Virus record (IMG/VR): IMGVR_UViG_3300027747_002427
Strand: one strand, 5' to 3'
Length of the DNA: 64,000 nt
Origin: a virus
Lineage: Duplodnaviria > Caudoviricetes
Part shown: positions 47,002 through 56,299 of the stretch, piece by piece
How positions within the stretch are numbered: the first letter of the stretch is position 1
Layout of the letters: every line of letters starts with the position of its first letter
The notes under the pieces: generated by a model
Database searches by the model: none
Told to the model about the DNA's origin: nothing
What the model saw: only the letters and a program-made list of their open reading frames with translations
Translations under genes and position numbers: made by a program

Positions 47002-47702
47002 ATGTTCAAATTAGATGATTGTGCATCGTCATAGAACATTTTAACAGTTTCTAAAGAAAAGTCATCTAAATTTTTATCTTTTAATTTTAATTTAGGTAAT
47101 ATATCTGGGGTTACGGTAATAATATCACAACCGCATTTTTCTGCTTCGTATACATTATAAACACTACGAGTGCTAGCCCATAAAGTTTTAATAAACGAAT
47201 TATTATTTTTTAAAAACTTTGAAGTATTTAAAATTATATGAGTCGGATCTACACCTGTGTCCGAAATTCTTCCAGCAAATATAGAAAGTATAAGAGAATG
47301 TTTTGTGTCTATGGATTTATCTAAAATGTTTTTAATTTGTGCTTCTGTAAAAATAGCTGTAACATTAATGTTTATTCTTTTTTGATTCATTTTATAAATC
47401 AAATCAGCTGTAGATTTACCTTTAGTATTTGTTATCGGTACTTTAACAAATATATTATTTCCGTATTCTGAAATTTTTTGTATTTGATACTCCATTTCAT
47501 TTAATTCATCTGCAAAGATTTCAAATGAAAAGGGAAGATCTGTAATTTTATTAGTTATTTCTTTTATAAAAGGTACATATTCTGTAATTCCAGCCTTTTT
47601 CATAAGACTAGGATTAGTAGTAAACCCAGTTACCCTTTTATTATTTTCATAAATGTCAAAAATTTCTTTAACATTAGAAGTATCCGCATATATTTCTATC
47701 AT
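46998..47702 (-). CDS. tal: Transaldolase
   Basis: ADT, FTTNPSL, VKVP (Schiff-base Lys), INVT, SIFAGRI.D, LWASTR. Confidence 0.9.
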   Translation of the reverse strand: MIEIYADTSNVKEIFDIYENNKRVTGFTTNPSLMKKAGITEYVPFIKEITNKITDLPFSFEIFADELNEMEYQIQKISEYGNNIFVKVPITNTKGKSTADLIYKMNQKRININVTAIFTEAQIKNILDKSIDTKHSLILSIFAGRISDTGVDPTHIILNTSKFLKNNNSFIKTLWASTRSVYNVYEAEKCGCDIITVTPDILPKLKLKDKNLDDFSLETVKMFYDDAQSSNLNI

Positions 47703-48415
47703 ATTAAATTTTTATTGATAAAAAATAACCCGGCTTCTGCTACATGAGGAATTAAATGACCTATTTGTGAATTGGTATTACATGAAACTCCTCTTATAGA
47801 ACGAGTCAAAGGGTCTTCATTTTGCCAAGCTCTAAAGTCATTGAAATCTTCTAGAGCTAAATCTCTAAGATATTTAGTTTCTGCTGGATTATATACAAAA
47901 TTATAAGATGACAATTCATTAATCCAATATTCATCTGTTTGTTCATTAACATGATGATATCCACCTTGACCTGGAACTGCATGAGTGATTAATAGATATT
48001 TACATTGAGCAAAATTTTCAAAAAAGAAATGTCTATATTCTGCATTGACGTGTTCTACAAATTCAACAGACCAACATAAATCAAAATTTTCATTTAATTT
48101 CAAAGAACCCAAAGAATAATCATGAGCTATTATATCATCAGGATAAAATGAAAGCTTTTGAACCTTTTCAGATCCTTCTACACCTTTAATTTTTAAATTT
48201 AAAAAATCTTTAAAATATTTTAAATGAAATCCAAATCCACAACCAATATCTAAAACAGATTTAATATAATATTTGTTTACAATATATCTCCACATTTTAG
48301 GACATTCTGTGCCTGGATCTCCTAATAAATTACACCCACCTAAATGTCCATCCTTAAATGTAACATTATCTACACATTCTGGATTATTTTCTAAAGCTTT
48401 GTTTTGTAAATTCAT
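47699..48415 (-). CDS. Class I SAM-dependent methyltransferase
   Basis: VLDIGCGFG, GVEGS, DLCWSVEFVEH, PGQGGYHHVNE. Confidence 0.85.
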   Translation of the reverse strand: MNLQNKALENNPECVDNVTFKDGHLGGCNLLGDPGTECPKMWRYIVNKYYIKSVLDIGCGFGFHLKYFKDFLNLKIKGVEGSEKVQKLSFYPDDIIAHDYSLGSLKLNENFDLCWSVEFVEHVNAEYRHFFFENFAQCKYLLITHAVPGQGGYHHVNEQTDEYWINELSSYNFVYNPAETKYLRDLALEDFNDFRAWQNEDPLTRSIRGVSCNTNSQIGHLIPHVAEAGLFFINKNLI

Positions 48416-48996
48416 TTTTGTGTAAAATAATTAACTACTAAATGTAAAATAATACCCTGCCATTCTTCTGCATGAGCTGTAATTCTTAAATCATTTATTA
48501 CTGGTATTAATATACAAGCGTCTGATACTTTTTTCGAATAACCACCATCTCTACTAACAACAGACAGTATTTTGCTTTTAACTTTTTTAGCATATTTAAT
48601 AGCATTTACTAAATTTTTTGAAGTAGTATCAGTTCCTCCACCAACAGAAAATACAATTATACCATCTTTAGAAGATAGCTTGCTGCCTCTCAACCAATTA
48701 GCATAACTATCCTCCCAAGATTCGTCATTGATTCTTGCGGTTAATTCAGCTACATTATCTGTTACAGCGTAAGTTTCTATCCCAAGAATTTTTCTAAAAT
48801 CATTTACGGCATGACTAGCATTAGCAGCACTCCCTCCAACACCTAAAATAAACAATCTTCCTTTGCTTTTTTTAATTTTATCTATATTAACAATGAAATT
48901 AGATATAGAATCAATATTGATTTGATCTATTATAGATTTGGTTTCTATAAAATATTGATCTATATATTGATTTAATTTCATATTAAATGATTTCAA
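48412..48996 (-). CDS. gmhA: Phosphoheptose isomerase (GmhA-like SIS domain)
   Basis: GVGGSAANASH, ND..W, FSVGGG..S.NL, GG, AHAEEWQ..LH. Confidence 0.82.
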   Translation of the reverse strand: MKSFNMKLNQYIDQYFIETKSIIDQINIDSISNFIVNIDKIKKSKGRLFILGVGGSAANASHAVNDFRKILGIETYAVTDNVAELTARINDESWEDSYANWLRGSKLSSKDGIIVFSVGGGTDTTSKNLVNAIKYAKKVKSKILSVVSRDGGYSKKVSDACILIPVINDLRITAHAEEWQGIILHLVVNYFTQK

Positions 48997-49651
48997 AACA
49001 ACCTTGGCTGCAACCTAAATTTTGATAAATCAAAGGCTTGTAATCTAATCCGGTTTCTAATAAAAATTCAGCGAATACTTTGATTTCATGTAAACGAAAA
49101 TCTTCATAGTCGTTAATTTCATCAAATACAATAATAGTTCCTTTTTTTATTCTAGATCCTAGATATTTAAAAATTGTCTTAGCTGATGAATATAAATCAC
49201 TATCAACATGAAGAAATGCTACATCTCCCTCAAATTTCTTGACAAAAAGAGGAAGTGTATCTTCAAAATATCCTTTTATAAGCTTTACATTATCTGGCCA
49301 AGGTTTCCAATTTACTGGAAGATCACTATTAAACATGGAATGATTATCACCCACAATATAACCAGGAGGTATTTGCCCATTAAGATTAAAAGCTCCTTTA
49401 GGATTGTTAGCATCCCAATGCTCTGGCAATCCTTCAAAACAATCAAATCCGTAAATCTCTTTCGTGGTTTTTCTAGAAAATTGTTCTATACTTCTTCCGG
49501 TGAAGACTCCAAATTCTAACCATAATCCTTCTATTTTAACTTCGTCTGCGCATGCTAAATGGAATGTTTCGTGAAAATCCCAATTTGCTATTATTCTTGC
49601 TTCGGTTTTTAATCTGTGATCTATTTCGTCTATTTTTTGATCTAGTGTCAT
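48983..49651 (-). CDS. TylF/MycF-like O-methyltransferase
   Basis: LEFGV..G, GFDCFEGLPE, GYFEDTLP, LHVDSDLYSS, IIVFDE. Confidence 0.85.
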   Translation of the reverse strand: MTLDQKIDEIDHRLKTEARIIANWDFHETFHLACADEVKIEGLWLEFGVFTGRSIEQFSRKTTKEIYGFDCFEGLPEHWDANNPKGAFNLNGQIPPGYIVGDNHSMFNSDLPVNWKPWPDNVKLIKGYFEDTLPLFVKKFEGDVAFLHVDSDLYSSAKTIFKYLGSRIKKGTIIVFDEINDYEDFRLHEIKVFAEFLLETGLDYKPLIYQNLGCSQGCFEII

Positions 49652-49658
49652 ATTATAT

Positions 49659-49686
49659 ATAATAGGACAAATTGTTAAAAAATCAA
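49659..49686 (-). promoter_or_regulatory. Sigma70-like promoter TTGATT-N16-TATTAT
   Basis: Internal island promoter 7 nt before ATG 49651, driving the methyltransferase/heptose sub-operon. Confidence 0.6.
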
Positions 49687-50774
49687 TAGTTTAAATTATC
49701 ATATAAAGAGATTATATTCTTTTCTATCACTCGATAATCGTATTTTTCCCAATATCTGTTTAAGGTTTTTTCTGATTTTTCTTTATAATAATTTTTATTA
49801 TCCCGAAGAGAAATCATTTCTGATACATATTCTTCAAAAGAATAAGCCATTTTACCACAGCTTTCTATTTGTTCTACATGACCCATATTCAAAGCTGGGT
49901 GACTAATAACTGGTTTACCATGATACATTGCTTCTATTATAGAAGCCGAACATACTTCTCCGTCTGATCTAGCATGAGCATATACATCTATGCCAGCTAA
50001 AAAATCATGTATATCTTCTACAGAACTTGTAAATTCCAAGAAATAAACATTTTTTAATCCCAATTCTTTAACAGTATTGATATGTTCTTGACATCCTCCT
50101 AAAATAACAAAACAAGTTTTATCGTTTTGTACTTGCTTGTAAGCTGCTAAAGAATTAGGAGAAAATATATCACTTCTATTGGCTTGGTGAAAACCATATA
50201 TAAAAATATCTTCTTCTATATTTAAAAGTTTTCTTAGATTAGATGGTTTTTTTTCTGGTACTTTAACTATAGAAGGAATTATTTCTGCCTTTGAGATATT
50301 ACCACCATTACTAGCCCATTTTTCTGCTTGCCATTTACATAAAAGAATTGCCTTTTTAATATTGGGTTTGTCTTCACCGTTAAAACTATGAATACTATCA
50401 ATTATAGGACAATTATTAATAATGTTGAAAGGATATTCTGGATAACCTCCTCTCGCGGTTTGTATAAAATCATAATTAGTTTCTTTAAATAAATCCCAAA
50501 AATCCGTTCCTATCCATTTATAAGGTTCGACATTACCTATTTTATGATCTACATGAATCTTAATAGTATTAATACCTTGGTCTTCTATTAATTGTTTTCT
50601 TACTGGGTCATTATCCGGATGTACAAAACTAGAATTTAAAAAGGGTGCTGCATTAGTATAAAAATAATCTATCTGATATCTATCTTTAGGTAATAAACAT
50701 GCCAAAGTTTGAAGATATTTTTCAGTTCCTCCAGAAGCTAATCCGGCAAATTTAATAAATGCTGCTTTTTTCAT
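49683..50774 (-). CDS. GT4-like (GT-B) glycosyltransferase
   Basis: GLASGGTEK, DVYAHARSDGEVCSASIIEAM..GKPVIS. Confidence 0.85.
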   Translation of the reverse strand: MKKAAFIKFAGLASGGTEKYLQTLACLLPKDRYQIDYFYTNAAPFLNSSFVHPDNDPVRKQLIEDQGINTIKIHVDHKIGNVEPYKWIGTDFWDLFKETNYDFIQTARGGYPEYPFNIINNCPIIDSIHSFNGEDKPNIKKAILLCKWQAEKWASNGGNISKAEIIPSIVKVPEKKPSNLRKLLNIEEDIFIYGFHQANRSDIFSPNSLAAYKQVQNDKTCFVILGGCQEHINTVKELGLKNVYFLEFTSSVEDIHDFLAGIDVYAHARSDGEVCSASIIEAMYHGKPVISHPALNMGHVEQIESCGKMAYSFEEYVSEMISLRDNKNYYKEKSEKTLNRYWEKYDYRVIEKNIISLYDNLNY

Positions 50775-51481
50775 TATCTTTGACCTAAATCTAGTGTTGA
50801 TTTATACAATCCGTTTCTTGATCCTTGAGAAGCTATTGAAGGATACCACCAATATGTTTTGGCATTAAATTTATATAATTGATAAGCTATTTCCCAATCA
50901 GAAACTAATTGAAAAGGAATAGCTGATGAATATATTTTAGATGCTATTTGAGGTTTTAAAAGATAAGCTTCTGCGCAATTAGTAGCCGGGTGATTCATTA
51001 AATAAGAATTTTTACTAATCTTTTGGCTATTAAAGATTTTTTCATTTTGAAAATTTATTCCACACCCTTCACCGAGGAATATAGCATCCCAATCTGTCGG
51101 AGTTTCTGAAATATACTTTTTATATAAGTCATTAAAATTATTATTAAATAAAACATCGTCTTCTAAAATTAATCCAAAATTAGGACATTCCAAAGAAACC
51201 TTTTCTATTGCTTTTAAATGTTTTATTGTACAAGATATTTCTGGTAAATTTAAGGTCCTAAATATATGAATATTAGAATCCCATAAAGGGTCTATTTTTT
51301 GTTTAAATTTAATTTCATCTGCTAGATAATATTGTTTTAATATATCTGTAGATAAATCTTCTTGATCATATTCTTTTATAAATTCATAAGGAATTTTAGA
51401 ATTTTCTAAAAAGGAAATGACTTTAGAATATCTATCTGATAATTTTGTATAATGAACTATATAAATTTTATCTGGTTTCAT
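50774..51481 (-). CDS. GT25-like glycosyltransferase
   Basis: IYIVH...DR, EISCTIKH, LILEDD, AEAYL, QGS. Confidence 0.8.
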   Translation of the reverse strand: MKPDKIYIVHYTKLSDRYSKVISFLENSKIPYEFIKEYDQEDLSTDILKQYYLADEIKFKQKIDPLWDSNIHIFRTLNLPEISCTIKHLKAIEKVSLECPNFGLILEDDVLFNNNFNDLYKKYISETPTDWDAIFLGEGCGINFQNEKIFNSQKISKNSYLMNHPATNCAEAYLLKPQIASKIYSSAIPFQLVSDWEIAYQLYKFNAKTYWWYPSIASQGSRNGLYKSTLDLGQR

Positions 51482-52374
51482 TTTAATATTTTCTCTTTAA
51501 AGAATTTTAACACATTTTCTGGTAAAATAAAGTCTGGAAATTTATTATCTATAAACCAAGGTTCATTTAATATTTCTTTATACTTTTCTTCGTTATTATC
51601 TATTTCTAAAATTTTATCTATAAATTCTTCTTCTGAAGAATAATCATGTAAACTTAAAAATGATTTTTTATTAAAATCTTCTCCTACTCTTTCATTGCCC
51701 CAATATAAAGGTATTGTATTAACAAACATTGGATGTATTATCTTTTCTGTTGTATATCCGTCACTGGATGTATTTTCAAAACTAATATTAAATTTAAAAG
51801 GCTTTAATGCTAAAATTTTCCAAATCTGGTCTCCACGACCTTGTATTCTTTGATTTATATTATTATATAAACCACCCATACAGTGAACTTCTTTTTTAGA
51901 AAGTAATTTAGGCACAAAACTTACTCTTTTTCCTTTAGGTTGATTAGCTATAAAACTGCAGAAATGATGTTTGTTTACTTTAACATCATTTTTATTTAAA
52001 AGAAATTGTGGGTCGTGCAAATATGATTGATCCCTATCATCATCATGAGGTCTATTAAACCAATTTATATGCATTCCCCACAAAGGAAATCGGTAATTTC
52101 TATCGTCTTCTATATGTTCAAAAGTAAATGCATAATGACATTGATTAAAATCTGGTTTACTACATTCCCCTGTATAATATATTTTTTTACATCTTTTATT
52201 ATTATATTTAAAATGTTGTGGATTACCTGTATAATCATAAGAATAAAACAAAAGATCTGGGTCTTCGGAATCTAATATAACTTTATATTCTTTAGATAAT
52301 AAATTATAAAAATAATTGTCATTATCTTTAAAATTAGGCCAAAAGTCTACAAAACAAATTTTTAAAGTATCCAT
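51478..52374 (-). CDS. GT10 (alpha-1,3-fucosyltransferase family) glycosyltransferase
   Basis: FCSFIAN, KFNISFEN...GYTTEKI...TIPLYWG is the GT10 alpha-1,3-motif. Confidence 0.88.
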   Translation of the reverse strand: MDTLKICFVDFWPNFKDNDNYFYNLLSKEYKVILDSEDPDLLFYSYDYTGNPQHFKYNNKRCKKIYYTGECSKPDFNQCHYAFTFEHIEDDRNYRFPLWGMHINWFNRPHDDDRDQSYLHDPQFLLNKNDVKVNKHHFCSFIANQPKGKRVSFVPKLLSKKEVHCMGGLYNNINQRIQGRGDQIWKILALKPFKFNISFENTSSDGYTTEKIIHPMFVNTIPLYWGNERVGEDFNKKSFLSLHDYSSEEEFIDKILEIDNNEEKYKEILNEPWFIDNKFPDFILPENVLKFFKEKILK

Positions 52375-53126
52375 TTTTTAACATTATTCCAATCTTGACC
52401 GCCGGCTAAATGTCTTATGATTACATTTTCTCTAGATACTTTATTAATATTAAATTGGCATGAGCTTTCTCCTTCCCATTCTGTTACATTAAACCCTGTG
52501 GGAAATATAGAAACGTGTTCATTTAATTCTTTTAAAGAATAAACTATATCTTCATTTAATTCACTATGAAAACCATTATTAGGATATTCCCAAAAAGATT
52601 TATCTGAATGTCTTTTAATACCAGCTAAGCTATACCAACTTGCTTGTTCTCTAAATTCATGCCAAAAACTAGAAGCGGTTTGAAATCTTTCATGAATTGA
52701 AATCTTGTTATTTAATTTATTGAATCTTTCTTCTGATAAAATATTGTTAATTAAATTTCGCGACCACTCATTAACTTTAATACTATACCAGCCCATACAA
52801 TGTGTGTTGCCGGAATCTATACAATAACCAAAAGATTTACTTGGCTCTAATGAATGTTCTGTATTAACAAAATACATATCAGCATCTATATGAGCTAATA
52901 TATCTCCGTCCTCAAGTTTGTTACTCTCTAATAAATCTTTGACTATAGTAAATTTCCACCATGTAGGATTGCCTCTATATAAGTCTAAAGGATTTTCATT
53001 GCCAATGACTACGTATTTAAATCCATGTTTATCACAATACTCTTTATTTCTTGGTGAAATAATTTCATCAAAAATCTGCTGTCTGTGATCATTATATTTT
53101 GCTATAACAAAAAGTACTTTTTTCAT
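52362..53126 (-). CDS. GT34-like (Mnn10/GMA12) glycosyltransferase
   Basis: YCDKHGF, TWWKF, HIDAD, REQA, IRHLAG. Confidence 0.65.
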   Translation of the reverse strand: MKKVLFVIAKYNDHRQQIFDEIISPRNKEYCDKHGFKYVVIGNENPLDLYRGNPTWWKFTIVKDLLESNKLEDGDILAHIDADMYFVNTEHSLEPSKSFGYCIDSGNTHCMGWYSIKVNEWSRNLINNILSEERFNKLNNKISIHERFQTASSFWHEFREQASWYSLAGIKRHSDKSFWEYPNNGFHSELNEDIVYSLKELNEHVSIFPTGFNVTEWEGESSCQFNINKVSRENVIIRHLAGGQDWNNVKKWIL

Positions 53127-54007
53127 TTTAATGAATCTAATATATTATCACACATTCCTTCTAATGTAAAGTATTTTGGATATATTTTTTTTATTTTAGA
53201 AAGCATATATTCTTGTCTTTTATTTGATATAGATTTTAATATATTATCTAGATTGTCAATATCTTTAAAATCTACTAAAATAGCTATATCATCCCAATTT
53301 ACTTTATTAGCAAATGGTATAAAGGGTTTGTTATAATATATATAAACTGGAATAGATCCCAATTGCATTGCTTCATATAATCGAAAGCTTGTTGCACCAT
53401 ATCCACGCGGACAAAGAGTAAATTTACTGCGAGAAGTTGTTTCTATAAAAAGATTCTGTCTTTCTGTTTTAACATCTGGAGACCAGTGTTTGGGTTTTAA
53501 TACATATTCTTCTTTGTTTATCAAAACCTCTAACATTTTCATTCTAATATTATGAGATACAGAAGCCCAAGTATTAGGAATATTTTGTGTGACACTTCCT
53601 ACGAAACTACAAAATATATCTTTGGGTAAGTCTTTAATATCTTGAATGGAACTGCATATTAAAGGTATAGGAATTGTGTTGGGTACATTACCTCCAGCTG
53701 AAAAATGTATTGTATTGAGAGGGAACTCTTGGTAAGGCCCATCATCATGTTGAGATACTGTAAAATACTTTTTACTTTTATCTAGGCTGTTTAGATCTTG
53801 TTGTAAATCATGTAGCAGATGAGTTCCACCTAAATATAATTCAGTCCAAAAAACGGGAATATATTCATATCCCGTTGTTTTAAATTTATCTATATTTTTT
53901 ACATAATAATCATAAAAATATTCTTCTAAATATTTTCCTTGATGATAAAAGGGATATGGATTAGTCTGTGTAACTATTCTATATTTTTCAAACTTTTCTA
54001 GAATCAT
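53123..54007 (-). CDS. GT47 exostosin-like glycosyltransferase
   Basis: SKFTLCPRGYGATSFRLYEAMQLGSIPV, PF...NW. Confidence 0.85.
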   Translation of the reverse strand: MILEKFEKYRIVTQTNPYPFYHQGKYLEEYFYDYYVKNIDKFKTTGYEYIPVFWTELYLGGTHLLHDLQQDLNSLDKSKKYFTVSQHDDGPYQEFPLNTIHFSAGGNVPNTIPIPLICSSIQDIKDLPKDIFCSFVGSVTQNIPNTWASVSHNIRMKMLEVLINKEEYVLKPKHWSPDVKTERQNLFIETTSRSKFTLCPRGYGATSFRLYEAMQLGSIPVYIYYNKPFIPFANKVNWDDIAILVDFKDIDNLDNILKSISNKRQEYMLSKIKKIYPKYFTLEGMCDNILDSLK

Positions 54008-54680
54008 ATTTTTCTTTTACTTTATCCAATAATTTAATTTTATTACTAAATGGTGTAGTCCAATTAGCATGATGTATTGTTATATTTTCTGGTATATCAA
54101 AATCTTCTACGCCCTGCCAGGTACCAGATGAATTTGAAGGATTGGTTCTTTTCAAAGCCAATTCACCATAAGTCCAATAATCTTTGGATAACATCTTCCA
54201 TTTAAATGATATTTTTTCTAAATTATTAAAATTGCTTATAATATAATTAAAACAAACTTGTTCTTCCGGAAATTTCTCTAAATTACCTTCAACAGTTTTT
54301 AAAAAAGCTCTTGTTTTAGGGGTAGATCTCATTATAAAAAACCCAGTATTAACTCCACCTCCATAATCATTTTGAAAAGCAGCATCATAATCACCTAGTT
54401 GTTGTATTACGTCTTTTGAAAAAGGTTTAAAAAATTGAATATCTGGATCTGAAAACATAAAGCATTCTCCGTCTTTTGTTTCATAAGCTGCATCTATAAA
54501 ACATTGAACTTTATATTTCATAGTATCTCTCCACCCATCGCTTTGAAATTCAGAACTAGGACATACTTGTGGTTTAAATTTAACTACAAGTTCTATATCA
54601 GTGTCAAAGGGAAAGCTTTTTATAAAGTAATCTTTAAACATATCATAATGAGATTCTGTAAATACGGTATAAAGTTTCAT
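53988..54680 (-). CDS. Nucleotide-diphospho-sugar transferase (GT77-like)
   Basis: FSDPDI, QND, NTGFFIMR, EQVCFN, HHANW...KI. Confidence 0.75.
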   Translation of the reverse strand: MKLYTVFTESHYDMFKDYFIKSFPFDTDIELVVKFKPQVCPSSEFQSDGWRDTMKYKVQCFIDAAYETKDGECFMFSDPDIQFFKPFSKDVIQQLGDYDAAFQNDYGGGVNTGFFIMRSTPKTRAFLKTVEGNLEKFPEEQVCFNYIISNFNNLEKISFKWKMLSKDYWTYGELALKRTNPSNSSGTWQGVEDFDIPENITIHHANWTTPFSNKIKLLDKVKEKYDSRKV

Positions 54681-54746
54681 TGTTTGTAATTACCTTTATC
54701 GTCTCTCAAGTCTACAAGCTCACTTTTATTTTTTCGTAAAAACCAT

Positions 54747-55517
54747 TTAAAGACATTTTAGATATTTTGCTTCTTGTTCTAATTCATCAGGTAAAGAATA
54801 TAAAAATTGTCCGTATGGCAACCTTTTAATAAGGTAAGAATATATAAATTCTTTCCAGTTTTTATGATAAGGGGATTCTTCCCAAAGTTTGCTATTATAG
54901 ATAGCTTCTGGAGAAGATTCATTCCAATTTAAATCATGTTTTTCATGACAAAGAAAAACACTTTTATTACCTAAAAAAGAATTACTTCTATTATACATTT
55001 CTAAAGCAAATGCAACATCCCATAAATGTTCAGCGTATATATAATCTTTAAAATATTGTTTATTGTTTAACCACCAATTCTTTTTTACAGCCCAAGCATC
55101 AAATCCGGCTATTTCTATTCTAAAGGGTATGATATTATCTAAACCTGTTATAGGATAACAATCATGTCTTGAAAATGAATATGTATCATATTCTCCTTTT
55201 ATTAATAATTTAATAATATTTTCTGTTAATAAAACATCACTATTTAAAAACAAAAAATAATCACAATCGGTAGTTGATAATATATCAAAAAAATCTTTAG
55301 CAATGGGTTTTTCTGATTTAGAATTTGTAATATCTTTTGCTTTTCTTTTTAAAAAAGGAAGATGATTGAATCCTAAAGCATAATTTTTTTCGTTTTCATA
55401 TGTAATATTATATAAAGATATATTGTTATGTTTTGAAGCGAGCTTATTTAAGACTTCTATACAAAAATCTTGTCTTTTATAATCTTTAAAAACATTAATT
55501 CCTATTGAAATTTTCAT
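54747..55517 (-). CDS. GT-A fold glycosyltransferase-like protein
   Basis: FLFLNSDV, FSRHD, GFDAW, WD; start MKISIG at 55517 (ATGA overlap). Confidence 0.6.
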   Translation of the reverse strand: MKISIGINVFKDYKRQDFCIEVLNKLASKHNNISLYNITYENEKNYALGFNHLPFLKRKAKDITNSKSEKPIAKDFFDILSTTDCDYFLFLNSDVLLTENIIKLLIKGEYDTYSFSRHDCYPITGLDNIIPFRIEIAGFDAWAVKKNWWLNNKQYFKDYIYAEHLWDVAFALEMYNRSNSFLGNKSVFLCHEKHDLNWNESSPEAIYNSKLWEESPYHKNWKEFIYSYLIKRLPYGQFLYSLPDELEQEAKYLKCL

Positions 55518-56299
55518 GGTCTTATACCTTTTAAATATTCTACAACCTCTTCCGGATGTTTGCAATTAATACTATTAATTTTTACACCATGCTTATTTGT
55601 AAAATAATTTATAGTATCTTGAATTACATCAGCTCTAGACCCATCCGGCCTATCGGCTTGAAGCCTACTTGTTGCAACTGGATTGTTTTCTATATATTCA
55701 TCTGAATTAGTTATATCTGCAAAATACCAAAAAGGAGCTACATTAGGATTTAAAATAGATTGTCTAAATGCCATGTCTGCATCAAATAAATCTCTCATTT
55801 TTCCATCATAAAGTCCACATTTTATAAAACAAGATTTATGGTGATATGTAAATTCATTACACATATTTTGATAAAAAGACACCCCAAGTGTTTCACTATA
55901 ATTGACTTGAAGAGTTGGAGTTCTAGCACCTGGGTGACCAGCTTGATCACTCATACTAACATATGAAAAATAATTCAATCCACTAATTTTAGATGTTTCT
56001 ATATATTTTTTAAAAATATCTACATTCTTAATAATCATATCATCCTCTATAAGGAATATATGTTCACAATCTTTATTCATTAGAAATGTTATACAATCAT
56101 TTCTACAAACTGAAGGATATCTATTTTTATTATGTTGAATCCAATCACAATTATAAGAATTTTTATATTTGTCTCCTCCGTTAACAACTACAATTTCATC
56201 AATTATATTAGCATCTTTTAAACTATCAAAAAGAGTTTTAAAATAATTTTCTGAATTGTAGGTAGTAATACCTACACCTATTTTTTCATTATTAAACAT
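55514..56299 (-). CDS. GT2-like glycosyltransferase
   Basis: KIGVGITTYN, RNDCI, HIFLIEDD. Confidence 0.8.
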   Translation of the reverse strand: MFNNEKIGVGITTYNSENYFKTLFDSLKDANIIDEIVVVNGGDKYKNSYNCDWIQHNKNRYPSVCRNDCITFLMNKDCEHIFLIEDDMIIKNVDIFKKYIETSKISGLNYFSYVSMSDQAGHPGARTPTLQVNYSETLGVSFYQNMCNEFTYHHKSCFIKCGLYDGKMRDLFDADMAFRQSILNPNVAPFWYFADITNSDEYIENNPVATSRLQADRPDGSRADVIQDTINYFTNKHGVKINSINCKHPEEVVEYLKGIRP

